From: a candidate division FCPU426 bacterium
Lineage (GTDB): Bacteria; Oederibacteriota; Muellerivitia; Muellerivitales; Muellerivitaceae
Assembly (NCBI GenBank): GCA_963771075.1
Contig: CAVYSE010000024.1
Coordinates: 64,001-128,000 of the forward strand
DNA: 64,000 bases
Direction of reading: 5' to 3'
Position 1 is the stretch's first letter. Each line of letters begins with the position of its first letter. A program made the translations under genes and the position numbers. This document shows, piece after piece, positions 37,995 to 47,355 of the stretch. Under the pieces are notes generated by a model that saw only the letters and a program-made list of their open reading frames with translations, was not told where the DNA came from and did no database searches.

Positions 37995-40548
37995 TCCAAA
38001 AACAAAGGCGAAAAAAGCTCACGCGGATTTACTTGATATCACGGGCAAGTTAAAGACCGCTCCCTGTGTTCCGGCCTTGAGAGAAGCAGTTAAAGCTTGG
38101 AGAGTTGGGGGTTACAAAGGCACGACTGAAACCACTCGACGGCTTCTTAGTTTTTGGTTTCAAAACGACCATAAGCTTTCCAATGGGAAAAAATTTGAAT
38201 ATCACTCCTCCCAACGGGAGGCTATCGAAACCCTGATTTTCGTTTGGGAATATGAGAAAGTTCGAACCCGCAAGGCTCTTTTAGAACGATACGCCACCAG
38301 TATCAAAAATCTTCGCCTACCTACCTATGATGAATTCGCTCGTTACTGCATCAAAATGGCGACGGGTTCCGGGAAAACCAAAGTCATGTCTTTGGTGGTG
38401 GCTTGGCAGTTCTTCAACTCGCAATGCGAGGAACCAGCTGAGGCCAAGCAATATGCCAAGACCTTCCTTCTGGTCGCGCCTAACGTCATTGTCTTTGAAC
38501 GCCTCAAGACCGATTTTGAGGGCGGAAGAATATTCAGGGCAGACCCCATCATTCCCCGGTTTTTTGAAATCTTTTGGGATTTTGATTGCGTCATGCGGGG
38601 TGACGGACAGAAAGCCCACAGTGAAGGGGTATTATTTCTCACGAATATCCAGCAGTTCTATGAACGGATGCAAAACGTCAAGTACACTGAGCCTGATGAA
38701 ATGACGGCGGTTTTAGGAACGAAGCCATCATTGACGAAATTAGAAGTTTCTGATTTCTCGGATCGAATCGGTCTACGGGCTGGAAATCTAGTAGTGATCA
38801 ACGACGAAGCCCACCATACACATGACGAAGAAAGCGAATGGAATAAAATCATCCGCAAGTTCCATTTAAAAACGCAGCTCTCGATGCAGGTTGATTTTTC
38901 GGCCACTCCTCGTTTTCAAAAGGGCCAGCTTTTCCCCTGGGTCATCTCGGACTACCCTTTGAAACAAGCCATATTGGACGGCATTGTGAAACGTCCGGTA
39001 AAGGGGATTGCCCGAATACCAGAAGCGAAATCAAAAACAGCTAGCGTTAAATATAAAGGCTTTTTGATCGCCGGGGTTGAACGCTGGCGGGAATACAAGG
39101 AACAATTAACCCCCCTGAAAAAGAAACCTATTCTTTTCATCATGATGAACGATACAAGTGAGGCGGACGATGTAGGCGATTGGCTTCAAACCAAGTATCC
39201 AAAAGAATTTGGAGGAGATGGAACACTGGTGATTCATACGGATAAGTCGGGCGAAGTTTCTAAGGCCGATTTAGACAAGGCCCGTGGAATTGCCCGTGAT
39301 GTGGATAACGATAAAAGCCCGGTGAATGTGATCGTAAGCGTTTTGATGCTTAGAGAGGGTTGGGATGTGCAGAACGTCACGGTCGTTGTGGGTCTTCGCC
39401 CCTATACCTCGAAGGCGAACATTCTTCCCGAACAGACTATTGGTCGCGGCCTTCGGTTGATGTTTCGCGGCATGGGTTCCGGTTATACGGAGCGGGTGGA
39501 TGTCATCGGCAATAACGCCTTCATTAAGTTTGTTGAGTATCTGGAAAAGGACGAAGACCTACAACTGGATACCTTTGACGTAGGGAAAGACCAGTTAAAA
39601 ATAGTTTCGATTTGGCCCGACCCCGCCAAAAAGATATTTGATATTGGGTTGCCCATTATTTCTCCTGTGATGGTACGTAAAAAAAGTCTTTCCGAAGAAA
39701 TCGCCGAGCTGGATGTAATGGGCTTTCAAACTCCGAAGCTGCCTATTAAAAAAGGCGATGCTCAGGAAACATCCTTTAAGTACGAGGGCTTTGATTACAT
39801 TACTTTGGTGAAGGAAATCGAACGGGAATATAAAATCACCGACCCGCAAACACCCCAAGAAGTAATTGGATACTATGCCCGCCAGATTTCACAGGAAGTC
39901 AAACTGCCTTCCCAATTTGCCGCTTTGGTACCAAGAATTACGGAATTTTTTCAGAAGAAAGCTTTTGGGCGGGAAGTCAATTTGGATGACCCGGAAATCC
40001 TAAAAGCGATGGGCACCAATGTGGCCCAATACGTTTGTGTAAATGCTTTCAAGAAAGAATTACAAAGCAAAATTGTTGCTGAACAAACCCCTAAAATAGA
40101 AGGGGCGGATCGCCTTTTATCAACTTTAGATCCACCTTTTCCGTGGGGAAGGCCGATTTTGGAAAGTAAAAAAACTATTTTGAATTTGGTTCCTTGCGAC
40201 AATGAATTCGAGCGTGATTTCGCCAAATTTTTGGATAAAGCGGAAGACGTGATGAAGTTTTCTAAGATTCCTCAAAGCTTCGGCTTTTCTATCGACTACG
40301 TTGATGGCAACTACAACCAGAGAAGCTATCACCCCGACTTTGTGGCAGTTGCTGAAGACGGGACTAACTGGCTTTTGGAAACGAAAGGCCAGGAGGGTGA
40401 GGAAACCCAATTCAAGGATGCGGCGGCGGAAAGATGGTGCGAAAACGCGACAGGTCTTACAAAAAAGACATGGCGATATAAGAAGATTCCGCAAAAGAAA
40501 TTTAACGAATTACAACCCACCTCATTATCTGATTTAATCGTTTTATAA
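37975..40548 (+). CDS. Type III restriction endonuclease (Res)
   Basis: MATGSGKT, DEAHH, SATP, LREGWD, QTIGRGLR, C-terminal PDF..ETKG. Confidence 0.9.
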   Translation: MPKRKSNPKTKAKKAHADLLDITGKLKTAPCVPALREAVKAWRVGGYKGTTETTRRLLSFWFQNDHKLSNGKKFEYHSSQREAIETLIFVWEYEKVRTRKALLERYATSIKNLRLPTYDEFARYCIKMATGSGKTKVMSLVVAWQFFNSQCEEPAEAKQYAKTFLLVAPNVIVFERLKTDFEGGRIFRADPIIPRFFEIFWDFDCVMRGDGQKAHSEGVLFLTNIQQFYERMQNVKYTEPDEMTAVLGTKPSLTKLEVSDFSDRIGLRAGNLVVINDEAHHTHDEESEWNKIIRKFHLKTQLSMQVDFSATPRFQKGQLFPWVISDYPLKQAILDGIVKRPVKGIARIPEAKSKTASVKYKGFLIAGVERWREYKEQLTPLKKKPILFIMMNDTSEADDVGDWLQTKYPKEFGGDGTLVIHTDKSGEVSKADLDKARGIARDVDNDKSPVNVIVSVLMLREGWDVQNVTVVVGLRPYTSKANILPEQTIGRGLRLMFRGMGSGYTERVDVIGNNAFIKFVEYLEKDEDLQLDTFDVGKDQLKIVSIWPDPAKKIFDIGLPIISPVMVRKKSLSEEIAELDVMGFQTPKLPIKKGDAQETSFKYEGFDYITLVKEIEREYKITDPQTPQEVIGYYARQISQEVKLPSQFAALVPRITEFFQKKAFGREVNLDDPEILKAMGTNVAQYVCVNAFKKELQSKIVAEQTPKIEGADRLLSTLDPPFPWGRPILESKKTILNLVPCDNEFERDFAKFLDKAEDVMKFSKIPQSFGFSIDYVDGNYNQRSYHPDFVAVAEDGTNWLLETKGQEGEETQFKDAAAERWCENATGLTKKTWRYKKIPQKKFNELQPTSLSDLIVL

Positions 40549-40594
40549 AATCTTCGATTCAGATGACCACAAAATACTGATAGGTTCATTTCCA

Positions 40595-41314
40595 ATGCGT
40601 TGTATTTTTTGCAAAAAACCTTCGGGAACTTCTAAGGCTGTTGAGCACATAGTGCCCGAATCGCTCGGGAATCTACACCATGTTCTGCCGAAAGGTTTTG
40701 TTTGTGATAGTTGTAATCAATACTTCGCAAGAAAAATTGAACGGCCCTTGCTTGAGTCCGGGGTTTTTAAATTCATACGTGCAGATCGCATTATCCCGAA
40801 TAAAAAAGGAAGGATTCCACAATTTGATATTTGCGAAAGTGGTTCAATGCCCGATGTTCGAATAATGAGCAGATTCATCGGGAAAGTTGGTTTAGAAATA
40901 TTGGCCCAAAGAATTCAAAATATTGAAAACTGGAATAGAGATTTAGTAGAAAAGGAAGAGCTTGATGTTCTCCGTCAATATGTTCGTTTCAATCAGGGTG
41001 GTAATTGGCCTTTTTATTGTCGGACACTATATCCAGTGAATACGGTTTTTACAGAACAAGAAGAGATGTACGAAACACTTCACGAGTATGATTTGCTTTA
41101 TACAAAGCGAAACGAATTATACGTCGTAATTATTCTGTTTGGGGTTGAGTATTCCTTGAATATGGGCGGCCCCGAGTTGGAAGGTTATGAAGAATGGCTA
41201 AAGGAAAATAATAGTGAAAGCCATTTGTATATTGGAAAAAATTCAGAACCAAAAAAGTTCAAAGAATACTTCTTTACGGAAAGCCTGATTTCGAAGTGGA
41301 TGAACAAGGGCTGA
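40595..41314 (+). CDS. HNH endonuclease domain protein
   Basis: CIFC..EHIVPESLG..CDSCN. Confidence 0.8.
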   Translation: MRCIFCKKPSGTSKAVEHIVPESLGNLHHVLPKGFVCDSCNQYFARKIERPLLESGVFKFIRADRIIPNKKGRIPQFDICESGSMPDVRIMSRFIGKVGLEILAQRIQNIENWNRDLVEKEELDVLRQYVRFNQGGNWPFYCRTLYPVNTVFTEQEEMYETLHEYDLLYTKRNELYVVIILFGVEYSLNMGGPELEGYEEWLKENNSESHLYIGKNSEPKKFKEYFFTESLISKWMNKG

Positions 41315-41494
41315 AAATCATTTTCTTTTCATTCTTGATCTTTTGATTTAATTATTTTTTTAAAGTATGCCTTTTAATTAGGCCCTCCTTTTAAAGCTGA
41401 TAAATCCCAAAAATTTAATGAAGTCTTTTAGAATAAACGGCATACCTTAATCGGTTGATTGTTTTTGACGTTTTTTCAAAGGAGGATTATAGAT

Positions 41495-41737
41495 ATGACC
41501 ATGAAAAAGAAACCGGGCCGCGGGCGTCCAAAGTTGGAAGAAGTTGGTGGAGTGAGGCTGATGGTTCACGTCACCGAAGAGATGCTGGCGGCCATGAACG
41601 AAAGGGCGAGAGTAGAACATTTAAAAGACCCGAAGATTAAAAGAGCTGACCTGATTAGGTTTGCTTTGGCGGCATACTTCTTCCCGCCGGGGAAAAGAAG
41701 AAGACCAGATCAAAAAAGGGAACCGACCAAGGAGTAG
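41495..41737 (+). CDS. Small DNA-binding protein (ribbon-helix-helix-like)
   Basis: GRGRPK, RLMVHVTEEM, RADLIRFAL; GGAGG RBS. Confidence 0.65.
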   Translation: MTMKKKPGRGRPKLEEVGGVRLMVHVTEEMLAAMNERARVEHLKDPKIKRADLIRFALAAYFFPPGKRRRPDQKREPTKE

Positions 41738-41793
41738 CTTGGCGGGATACCGCCTGGTTTGTTGTTCCGAGGGGTTTCCGGAAAGCCAGGTGC

Positions 41794-41916
41794 GGTATTC
41801 CGGCGGGCGATTACACCCTGAAGGCCTGCAACGGTAAGCTCGTTTCCACCGACCAGAAGGTCACGGTGGCCGCCGACGGGACCGTCAGCGCCGATATCGA
41901 CATCCACAAAAAGTAA
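41794..41916 (+). pseudogene. Orphan 3' gene fragment (carboxypeptidase-regulatory-like beta sandwich)
   Basis: GIPAGDYTLKACNGKLVSTDQKVTVAADGTVSADIDIHKK* with no matching N-terminus. Confidence 0.55.
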
Positions 41917-41931
41917 CCCAAGGAGATTTCC

Positions 41932-42465
41932 ATGGCTTCCGCGAGCAAAGTTCGGTGGGTCGGTGCGGCCCTGGCCGTCGCGCTTGGCCTGGGCGTGACG
42001 CTGTTGCTGCCCCCGCCCGCCGAGGCACCTCAAAGGCGCGACTTCAATATCGTGGCCCACAAGTATGCCTATGAGCCGCCCATCATTACGGTCAACCAGG
42101 GGGATGAGGTGCACATCAAGTTCTCCTCCCGGGACGTGACCCACGGTTTCTTCCTCGAGGGTTACGACATCGACGCCCTCGCGGAAGCCGGGAAATCCGG
42201 CATCCTTTTCAGGCATCCATCCGCGACGGACAATTTCTCCCCCGCGGACGAGATCGTTTTCAAGGCCGATAAGCGGGGCAAGTTTCGGTACCGTTGCTCC
42301 ATGACCTGCGGCTACATGCATCCCTTCATGATGGGAGTGTTGATCGTTAAGCCCAACAGCCTATTCGGGATCGCGATGGGCCTGGTCCTGGGCATCCTGT
42401 TGGCCGGGTTCATCCTGGCCTGGCCCACCCGGAAAGACCCCCAACCCCAAGGAGCGGCGTCATGA
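41932..42465 (+). CDS. Membrane-anchored CuA cupredoxin (CoxII/NosZ C-domain-like)
   Basis: DVTHGF and CSMTCGYMHPFM CuA ligands; N- and C-terminal TM. Confidence 0.85.
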   Translation: MASASKVRWVGAALAVALGLGVTLLLPPPAEAPQRRDFNIVAHKYAYEPPIITVNQGDEVHIKFSSRDVTHGFFLEGYDIDALAEAGKSGILFRHPSATDNFSPADEIVFKADKRGKFRYRCSMTCGYMHPFMMGVLIVKPNSLFGIAMGLVLGILLAGFILAWPTRKDPQPQGAAS

Positions 42466-42941
42466 AACGAAAACTTCAGGAACTCTCCGCAAAGGAGGTA
42501 CTGGGCCTGGCCATTTCCATCGAAAACTCCAACCAAAAGGCCCTTCTCAACTACTCCGGTATGTTCCATGGTTACGACGACCAGGTTTCCAAGAATTTCG
42601 CTGAATTGGCCAGTGAGGAGAACCTCCACCGGGAACTGCTGTTGAAGCAATACAAGAAATCCTACAAGGGCGCCCCGCCCAAGATGGATCCCTTCGACGT
42701 GGAGGAAGTGGTGGAAGCGCTGGATTTCGACGATTCCGAGCACCTGATCTTTGACAGCTTGAAGGCGAAGAAAGTGTTCCAACTGGCCCACGAGGCCGAG
42801 ACCCGGGCCGTGAACTTTTACAAGCGGGCCCAAAAGGCCGTGAAGAACAAGGACCTTGTGGCTTTGTTCAAGAAATTGGCCGCAATGGAAGGCGAGCACG
42901 CGAGCTGGCTGGAAGACAAAATCAAGGGAGAGAAATCATGA
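42462..42941 (+). CDS. Ferritin/rubrerythrin-like diiron protein
   Basis: AISIE, EENLH, AHEAE..FY, MEGEH (ExxH pairs). Confidence 0.85.
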   Translation: MKRKLQELSAKEVLGLAISIENSNQKALLNYSGMFHGYDDQVSKNFAELASEENLHRELLLKQYKKSYKGAPPKMDPFDVEEVVEALDFDDSEHLIFDSLKAKKVFQLAHEAETRAVNFYKRAQKAVKNKDLVALFKKLAAMEGEHASWLEDKIKGEKS

Positions 42942-44449
42942 GTGAATCCGTGAATCCCATGCCCCAGCCCCTGCCTCCCGCCCGGTCGGTTCCGACCCCC
43001 TTGTCCGATCCGCCCGTCTTCACGGGGCCCAAGCCCTGGAGGCTGGACCTGTTGCAGGCCTTTCCCCCGCTCAAATGGCTGGTGAAACAGCGCTGGTTCC
43101 AGTTCGCCGTCATCCTGCCCAACCTGTTTTTGTTCCTCGTCTTTTTGGTCGCGGGGGTCTGGGGAACGCCGGTAGGGAACCGCAACATCCTCATTGTGTT
43201 CGTTTGGATCTTCTGGTGGTTCCTGCTGATCAGTTGCATGGTACCTTTCCTTTCGAGGGTCTGGTGCACGGTCTGCCCCTTCCCCTTTTTCGGGGAATGG
43301 ATCCAACGGGGCTCCATCCTCACTCCCAAAATGGCCACCCCCGGCGCGATGGGGACCAAGATCGGCATCAACCGTTATTTCGGCTTCAACCTGCGCTGGC
43401 CCAAGGCCCTTTCAAATATCTGGATGCAGAACATCGGCTTTTTGGGCCTTTGCACCTTCAGCGCTTTCTACCTGACCCGTCCCCTGGTCAGCGTGATCGT
43501 GTTGGGCAGCCTGATCGTCATCGCCACGGTCCTCCACGTGATCTTCCGCCAAAGGGCCTTCTGCAACTATGTCTGCCCCGTCTCCGGCTTCTTGAGCCTT
43601 TACGCCATGAGTTCCACGATTGAGGTTCGGTCGAGGGACCAGAACGTCTGCCAAAAGTGCCACGACAAGAGCTGCCTGGTCGGGAGCGAGAAAGGCTGGG
43701 GATGCCCCTGGTTCAACTTCCCCAGCAAGATGGAGCGCAACAACTACTGCGGCATGTGCATGGAATGCGTCAAGACCTGCCCCCACGACAACATGACCCT
43801 GAACCTGCGCCCCTTCGCCTCCGACACCAAACTCAAGGGCTACGATGAGGCCTGGAAGGCCTTCATCATGCTGGCCTTGGCGCTTGCCTACAGCGTCATC
43901 TACCTGGGCCCCTGGGGCTTTTTCAAGGACGTGGCCAATTTCGCCGAGAGCGGCCGGGGCCTGGGCTGGTTCGCCGCCTATGCCGTCTGCCTCTGGTCGC
44001 TCCCGATGCTAGTGATCCCCGGAATTTTCTCGGTGTTCCATTGGGTGGCCCGGCGGTTCGCCGGGGCCGAGTCCAAGCCCTGGAAGGAATCCTTCCTGAC
44101 CATGGCCTATCCCCTGGTGCCCCTGGGTCTTTTGGCCTGGATCGCCTTCAGCGTGCCTTTGATCTTCATCAACGGCAGCTACATCCTGGTCACTATGTCC
44201 GATCCCTTCGGCTGGGGCTGGGACCTGTTTCACACTGCCCACACTCCCTGGTCGCCCATCCTGCCCCAATGGATGCCCGCCATTCAGGTGGTCCTGATGG
44301 CCGTCGGCTTGGCCCTCACCCTGAAATCCACCTTCAAGCAGGCGGGCAAGCTCTACGAGGACCCGAAAGCCAAGTTCCGCTTCGCGGTGCCCATGGCGGT
44401 CCTCATGACCTTGATCGTGGGCCTTTTTATCCAGCTCTACGTGAATTGA
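42938..44449 (+). CDS. Membrane polyferredoxin (NapH/NosR/CcoG-like)
   Basis: Two CxxxCP motifs (WCTVCP, FCNYVCP), CQKCHDKSC..CP, CGMCMECVKTCP; multiple TM. Confidence 0.88.
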   Translation: MSESVNPMPQPLPPARSVPTPLSDPPVFTGPKPWRLDLLQAFPPLKWLVKQRWFQFAVILPNLFLFLVFLVAGVWGTPVGNRNILIVFVWIFWWFLLISCMVPFLSRVWCTVCPFPFFGEWIQRGSILTPKMATPGAMGTKIGINRYFGFNLRWPKALSNIWMQNIGFLGLCTFSAFYLTRPLVSVIVLGSLIVIATVLHVIFRQRAFCNYVCPVSGFLSLYAMSSTIEVRSRDQNVCQKCHDKSCLVGSEKGWGCPWFNFPSKMERNNYCGMCMECVKTCPHDNMTLNLRPFASDTKLKGYDEAWKAFIMLALALAYSVIYLGPWGFFKDVANFAESGRGLGWFAAYAVCLWSLPMLVIPGIFSVFHWVARRFAGAESKPWKESFLTMAYPLVPLGLLAWIAFSVPLIFINGSYILVTMSDPFGWGWDLFHTAHTPWSPILPQWMPAIQVVLMAVGLALTLKSTFKQAGKLYEDPKAKFRFAVPMAVLMTLIVGLFIQLYVN

Positions 44450-44462
44450 CCGGAGGAAACCC

Positions 44463-45431
44463 ATGAAACCAATGGAAATTATCGCCAGCCTGCTTGCCGT
44501 AGTCGCCGTGGTGGGAGCCTTCATCATCCCCTTCGCCTACCAGAGGCATTTCATGCAAGGGAACCTGAAAGCCCGCACCATCGTCTTGACCGGGGTGGCC
44601 ACGACCGGTATTTGGACCGAGGATGAGGTCACGGGTGCCAATTACGCCACCGGTGAGTTCAAGCCCGCCGAACTCAACCTCAAGGCGGGTGAACAAATCC
44701 GGCTGATTCTTCGTAGCGCGGATGTGGTCCACCGCTTTTACATGCCCCAATTGGGCATCGGGCCCATCGAACTCGTCCCCGGCCACACCGAGATCGTCAA
44801 TTTTCGCGCGCCCAAAGAGGGGACCTATCCCTTCTATTGCACCGCGGTCTGCGGCGACTGCCATTTCCACATGATGAACATGCACGGCTTGGTGGCCGTC
44901 GGGGACCAGGTGGTCACGAAGGACGCGGCCGTGGCCAACGACGCCCTTTGTATGGCCCATCCCGCCTCGCCGATACCCATATTTAATAACATCACCGACC
45001 GGGGCCATTTCCTCTTCCAGACCCGGGGCTGTGTCACCTGCCACGGCGTGGACGGGATAGGCGGTGTGCCCAACTTCAATTACGCCCGGGGCACGGTGCC
45101 CGCCTTGAACACCTTGGCGAACAAGATATCCCTCGAGAGCAAGGAGGAAGTGGAGGCCTTCACCAAGGTCTTGGACAAGAAAGAAGAGCCATCAAAAGAC
45201 CAGCCGGTCCCCGGAGTCTCCAATTGGGCCTTGACCCTGGCCCAGTACCAGTCGGTCTTGAAGACGATCGAGGGGGGAAGCCCCCCCCTGAAGGCCGACC
45301 CCAAGGGCCCCGAGCCTCCTCTCTTCATGCCCAGCTGGAAGGAAAACCTCAATCGCGAGCAGATCCACTCAATCGTGGCTTTTTTGATCTCGGAACAAAA
45401 GTTCGAGGAAAAGACGGGATGGGGGAATTAG
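44463..45431 (+). CDS. CuA cupredoxin-cytochrome c fusion
   Basis: SADVVHRF, CTAVCGDCHFHMM, CVTCH heme motif, distal MP. Confidence 0.85.
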   Translation: MKPMEIIASLLAVVAVVGAFIIPFAYQRHFMQGNLKARTIVLTGVATTGIWTEDEVTGANYATGEFKPAELNLKAGEQIRLILRSADVVHRFYMPQLGIGPIELVPGHTEIVNFRAPKEGTYPFYCTAVCGDCHFHMMNMHGLVAVGDQVVTKDAAVANDALCMAHPASPIPIFNNITDRGHFLFQTRGCVTCHGVDGIGGVPNFNYARGTVPALNTLANKISLESKEEVEAFTKVLDKKEEPSKDQPVPGVSNWALTLAQYQSVLKTIEGGSPPLKADPKGPEPPLFMPSWKENLNREQIHSIVAFLISEQKFEEKTGWGN

Positions 45432-45492
45432 TTAGGGGAGAAGTTTTTTGAGCCGAAGGCGGGTGTCGTTCAATAAACTTAGGAGGAAGTGC

Positions 45493-46848
45493 ATGTTTTT
45501 TAAATCCAAGAAAATTTGGCTGGGAGCGTTCCTGACGGCCCTGGCCTTTGCGGTGGGCGTTCAAACCGCCCAGGCTTTGCCCAGTTTCGCCCGGCAAACC
45601 GGCATGTCCTGCGCGGCCTGCCACACGGTTTATCCGGAGTTAACGACCTATGGTAGGACCTTCAAACTTAACGGCTATACCACGACCAACACGGACGAAC
45701 TGAAGGACGGAACCGACGAGGCCGGATACCGGCTGGAAATCAACAACGTCCCCCCCTTGGCCGCCATGATTCAGATATCCGATACCTGGGTGAGCAAGCC
45801 GGTGACAGGGAGCGGGGCCGATCAGGGAAACGATGGCAATGGGAATTTGGAATTCCCCAACCAGCTGAGCCTCTTCTACGCGGGGCGCATCTCCCCCAAC
45901 ATGGGGGCCTTTGTGCAGATCACTTATGATTCCGGCTCCGGCGCCCTGGGCATGGACAACACCGACATCCGGTTGACCACCCGCACCCAGATCGCCAACA
46001 CGGACCTGGTGCTCGGCCTCACCGCCAACAATAACCCAACTGTCCAAGACGTGTTCAACACGGCCCCCGCCTGGAGTTTTCCCTACTCGGGCAATCAGGC
46101 GGGTTTTGGCGTCCCAGCCATGACCCAATTGGAAAGTTTAGGTGGGGGAAAAGTGGCCGGTCTGGGGGGCTACGCCTTCTGGAACCAGCTCCTTTACGCT
46201 GAAATTTCCGCCTACCGGGCGGCCTACCAGGGTTGGAACAACTCCCCCGCCTCTGACACCTACCAGACCATCCAAGGCTACGCTCCCTATTGGCGGGTCG
46301 CCTTGACCCAGGATTTCGATAAGAGTTCGGTTGAGGTCGGCGCGTTCGGTATGTATGGCCACACGGTTCCCAACGGTTCAGTCATGCCTGCGGGCGCCCA
46401 GGATCAACTGACGGACACGGCCATCGACGCCCAGTACCAATATGTGGACAAGGAAAACGCCTTCACCCTGAAGGGAAGCGAGATCTGGGAGAACCAGGTC
46501 TGGGATTATTCCAGGCTGAACGCCGGGACAAACCCGAACGACACCCTTCGGTCCCTTAAAATAGACGGCACCTATTATTACAACCGGATCATTGGAGCCA
46601 CCCTGGGGGTCTTCTCCACCACCGGCTCGGGGGACCCGGGTCTCTACGGCACGAACGACGTCACCAACACGCCCGACACCGAGGGCTATGTGGCCGAAAT
46701 CAACTTCGTGCCCTGGTACAACACCAAGTTCCAGCTTCAATACGTCGGTTTCACCAAGTACAACGGATCGACGGACAATTATGACGGGAATGGCCGGAAC
46801 GCCTCGGATAACAACACCCTCATGGCCATGGCCTGGTTGATGTACTAA
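45493..46848 (+). CDS. Cyc2-like outer-membrane cytochrome c-porin fusion
   Basis: Signal peptide, then ALPSFARQTGMSCAACHTVYPELTTYGRTFKLNGY, then a beta-barrel ending in an aromatic residue. Confidence 0.85.
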   Translation: MFFKSKKIWLGAFLTALAFAVGVQTAQALPSFARQTGMSCAACHTVYPELTTYGRTFKLNGYTTTNTDELKDGTDEAGYRLEINNVPPLAAMIQISDTWVSKPVTGSGADQGNDGNGNLEFPNQLSLFYAGRISPNMGAFVQITYDSGSGALGMDNTDIRLTTRTQIANTDLVLGLTANNNPTVQDVFNTAPAWSFPYSGNQAGFGVPAMTQLESLGGGKVAGLGGYAFWNQLLYAEISAYRAAYQGWNNSPASDTYQTIQGYAPYWRVALTQDFDKSSVEVGAFGMYGHTVPNGSVMPAGAQDQLTDTAIDAQYQYVDKENAFTLKGSEIWENQVWDYSRLNAGTNPNDTLRSLKIDGTYYYNRIIGATLGVFSTTGSGDPGLYGTNDVTNTPDTEGYVAEINFVPWYNTKFQLQYVGFTKYNGSTDNYDGNGRNASDNNTLMAMAWLMY

Positions 46849-46872
46849 AAACACCCTTTATCCAGCTGGTTT

Positions 46873-46903
46873 AAAAAAGCCGCCGCCCCCGGCGGCTTTT
46901 TTT
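46873..46903 (+). terminator. Intrinsic terminator
   Basis: AAAAAAGCCGCCG-CCC-CGGCGGCTTTTTTT. Confidence 0.85.
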
Positions 46904-47106
46904 ATTTAACTTCCAGCTAACCCAAACGCGGATCCTGGTGGGACGATCCTACCCGGACCGCCAGGGTTTCGATCCCATTGATCCCCATCGGGTGTATGCC
47001 GGGTCGTTTCGGTATATAGGGTTCGATTTACTTTGGATGGGACGGGTCAAGCCGCCAATCGGCTTTTACGAGCAAATTGGCGTAAAGGGCCCGATCGATA
47101 GGATGG

Positions 47107-47121
47107 TTATCAAGTTGATAA
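47107..47121. promoter_or_regulatory. Palindromic site upstream of the sigma54 activator
   Basis: TTATCAA-G-TTGATAA perfect palindrome; related copy at 47174. Confidence 0.6.
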
Positions 47122-47355
47122 TCGGTTTTGTCCAGAAAAGATTACAAAGAATAAGGCGAAAATTGTCTTTTCATATCAAGATGAGAGTAGAATCAAATCG
47201 ATTGAACGATTAGAAACCCGTTCCTCACCGGCCCCGGCGAATGTCTTAACGGAATCCGAATCAAACCATTTCCTTCCTTTGGTTCAACCAACTCGGCCCA
47301 AGTTTCATCCCTGAAAAGAATCACTAGGGGATTGAAGTCCCCTTAGGAGAAATCA

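Larger units (their letters stand above)
13914..41790. mobile_element. Genomic island downstream of tRNA-Leu (boundaries approximate)
   Basis: Visible GC drop right after the tRNA; cargo of TA, IS, radC and R-M genes; abrupt return to GC-rich sequence near 41790 inside a broken gene. Confidence 0.7.

Noticed and set aside
41932..45431. Cytochrome c oxidase or N2O reductase operon
   Set aside because: There is no subunit I and no NosZ catalytic domain in the window.
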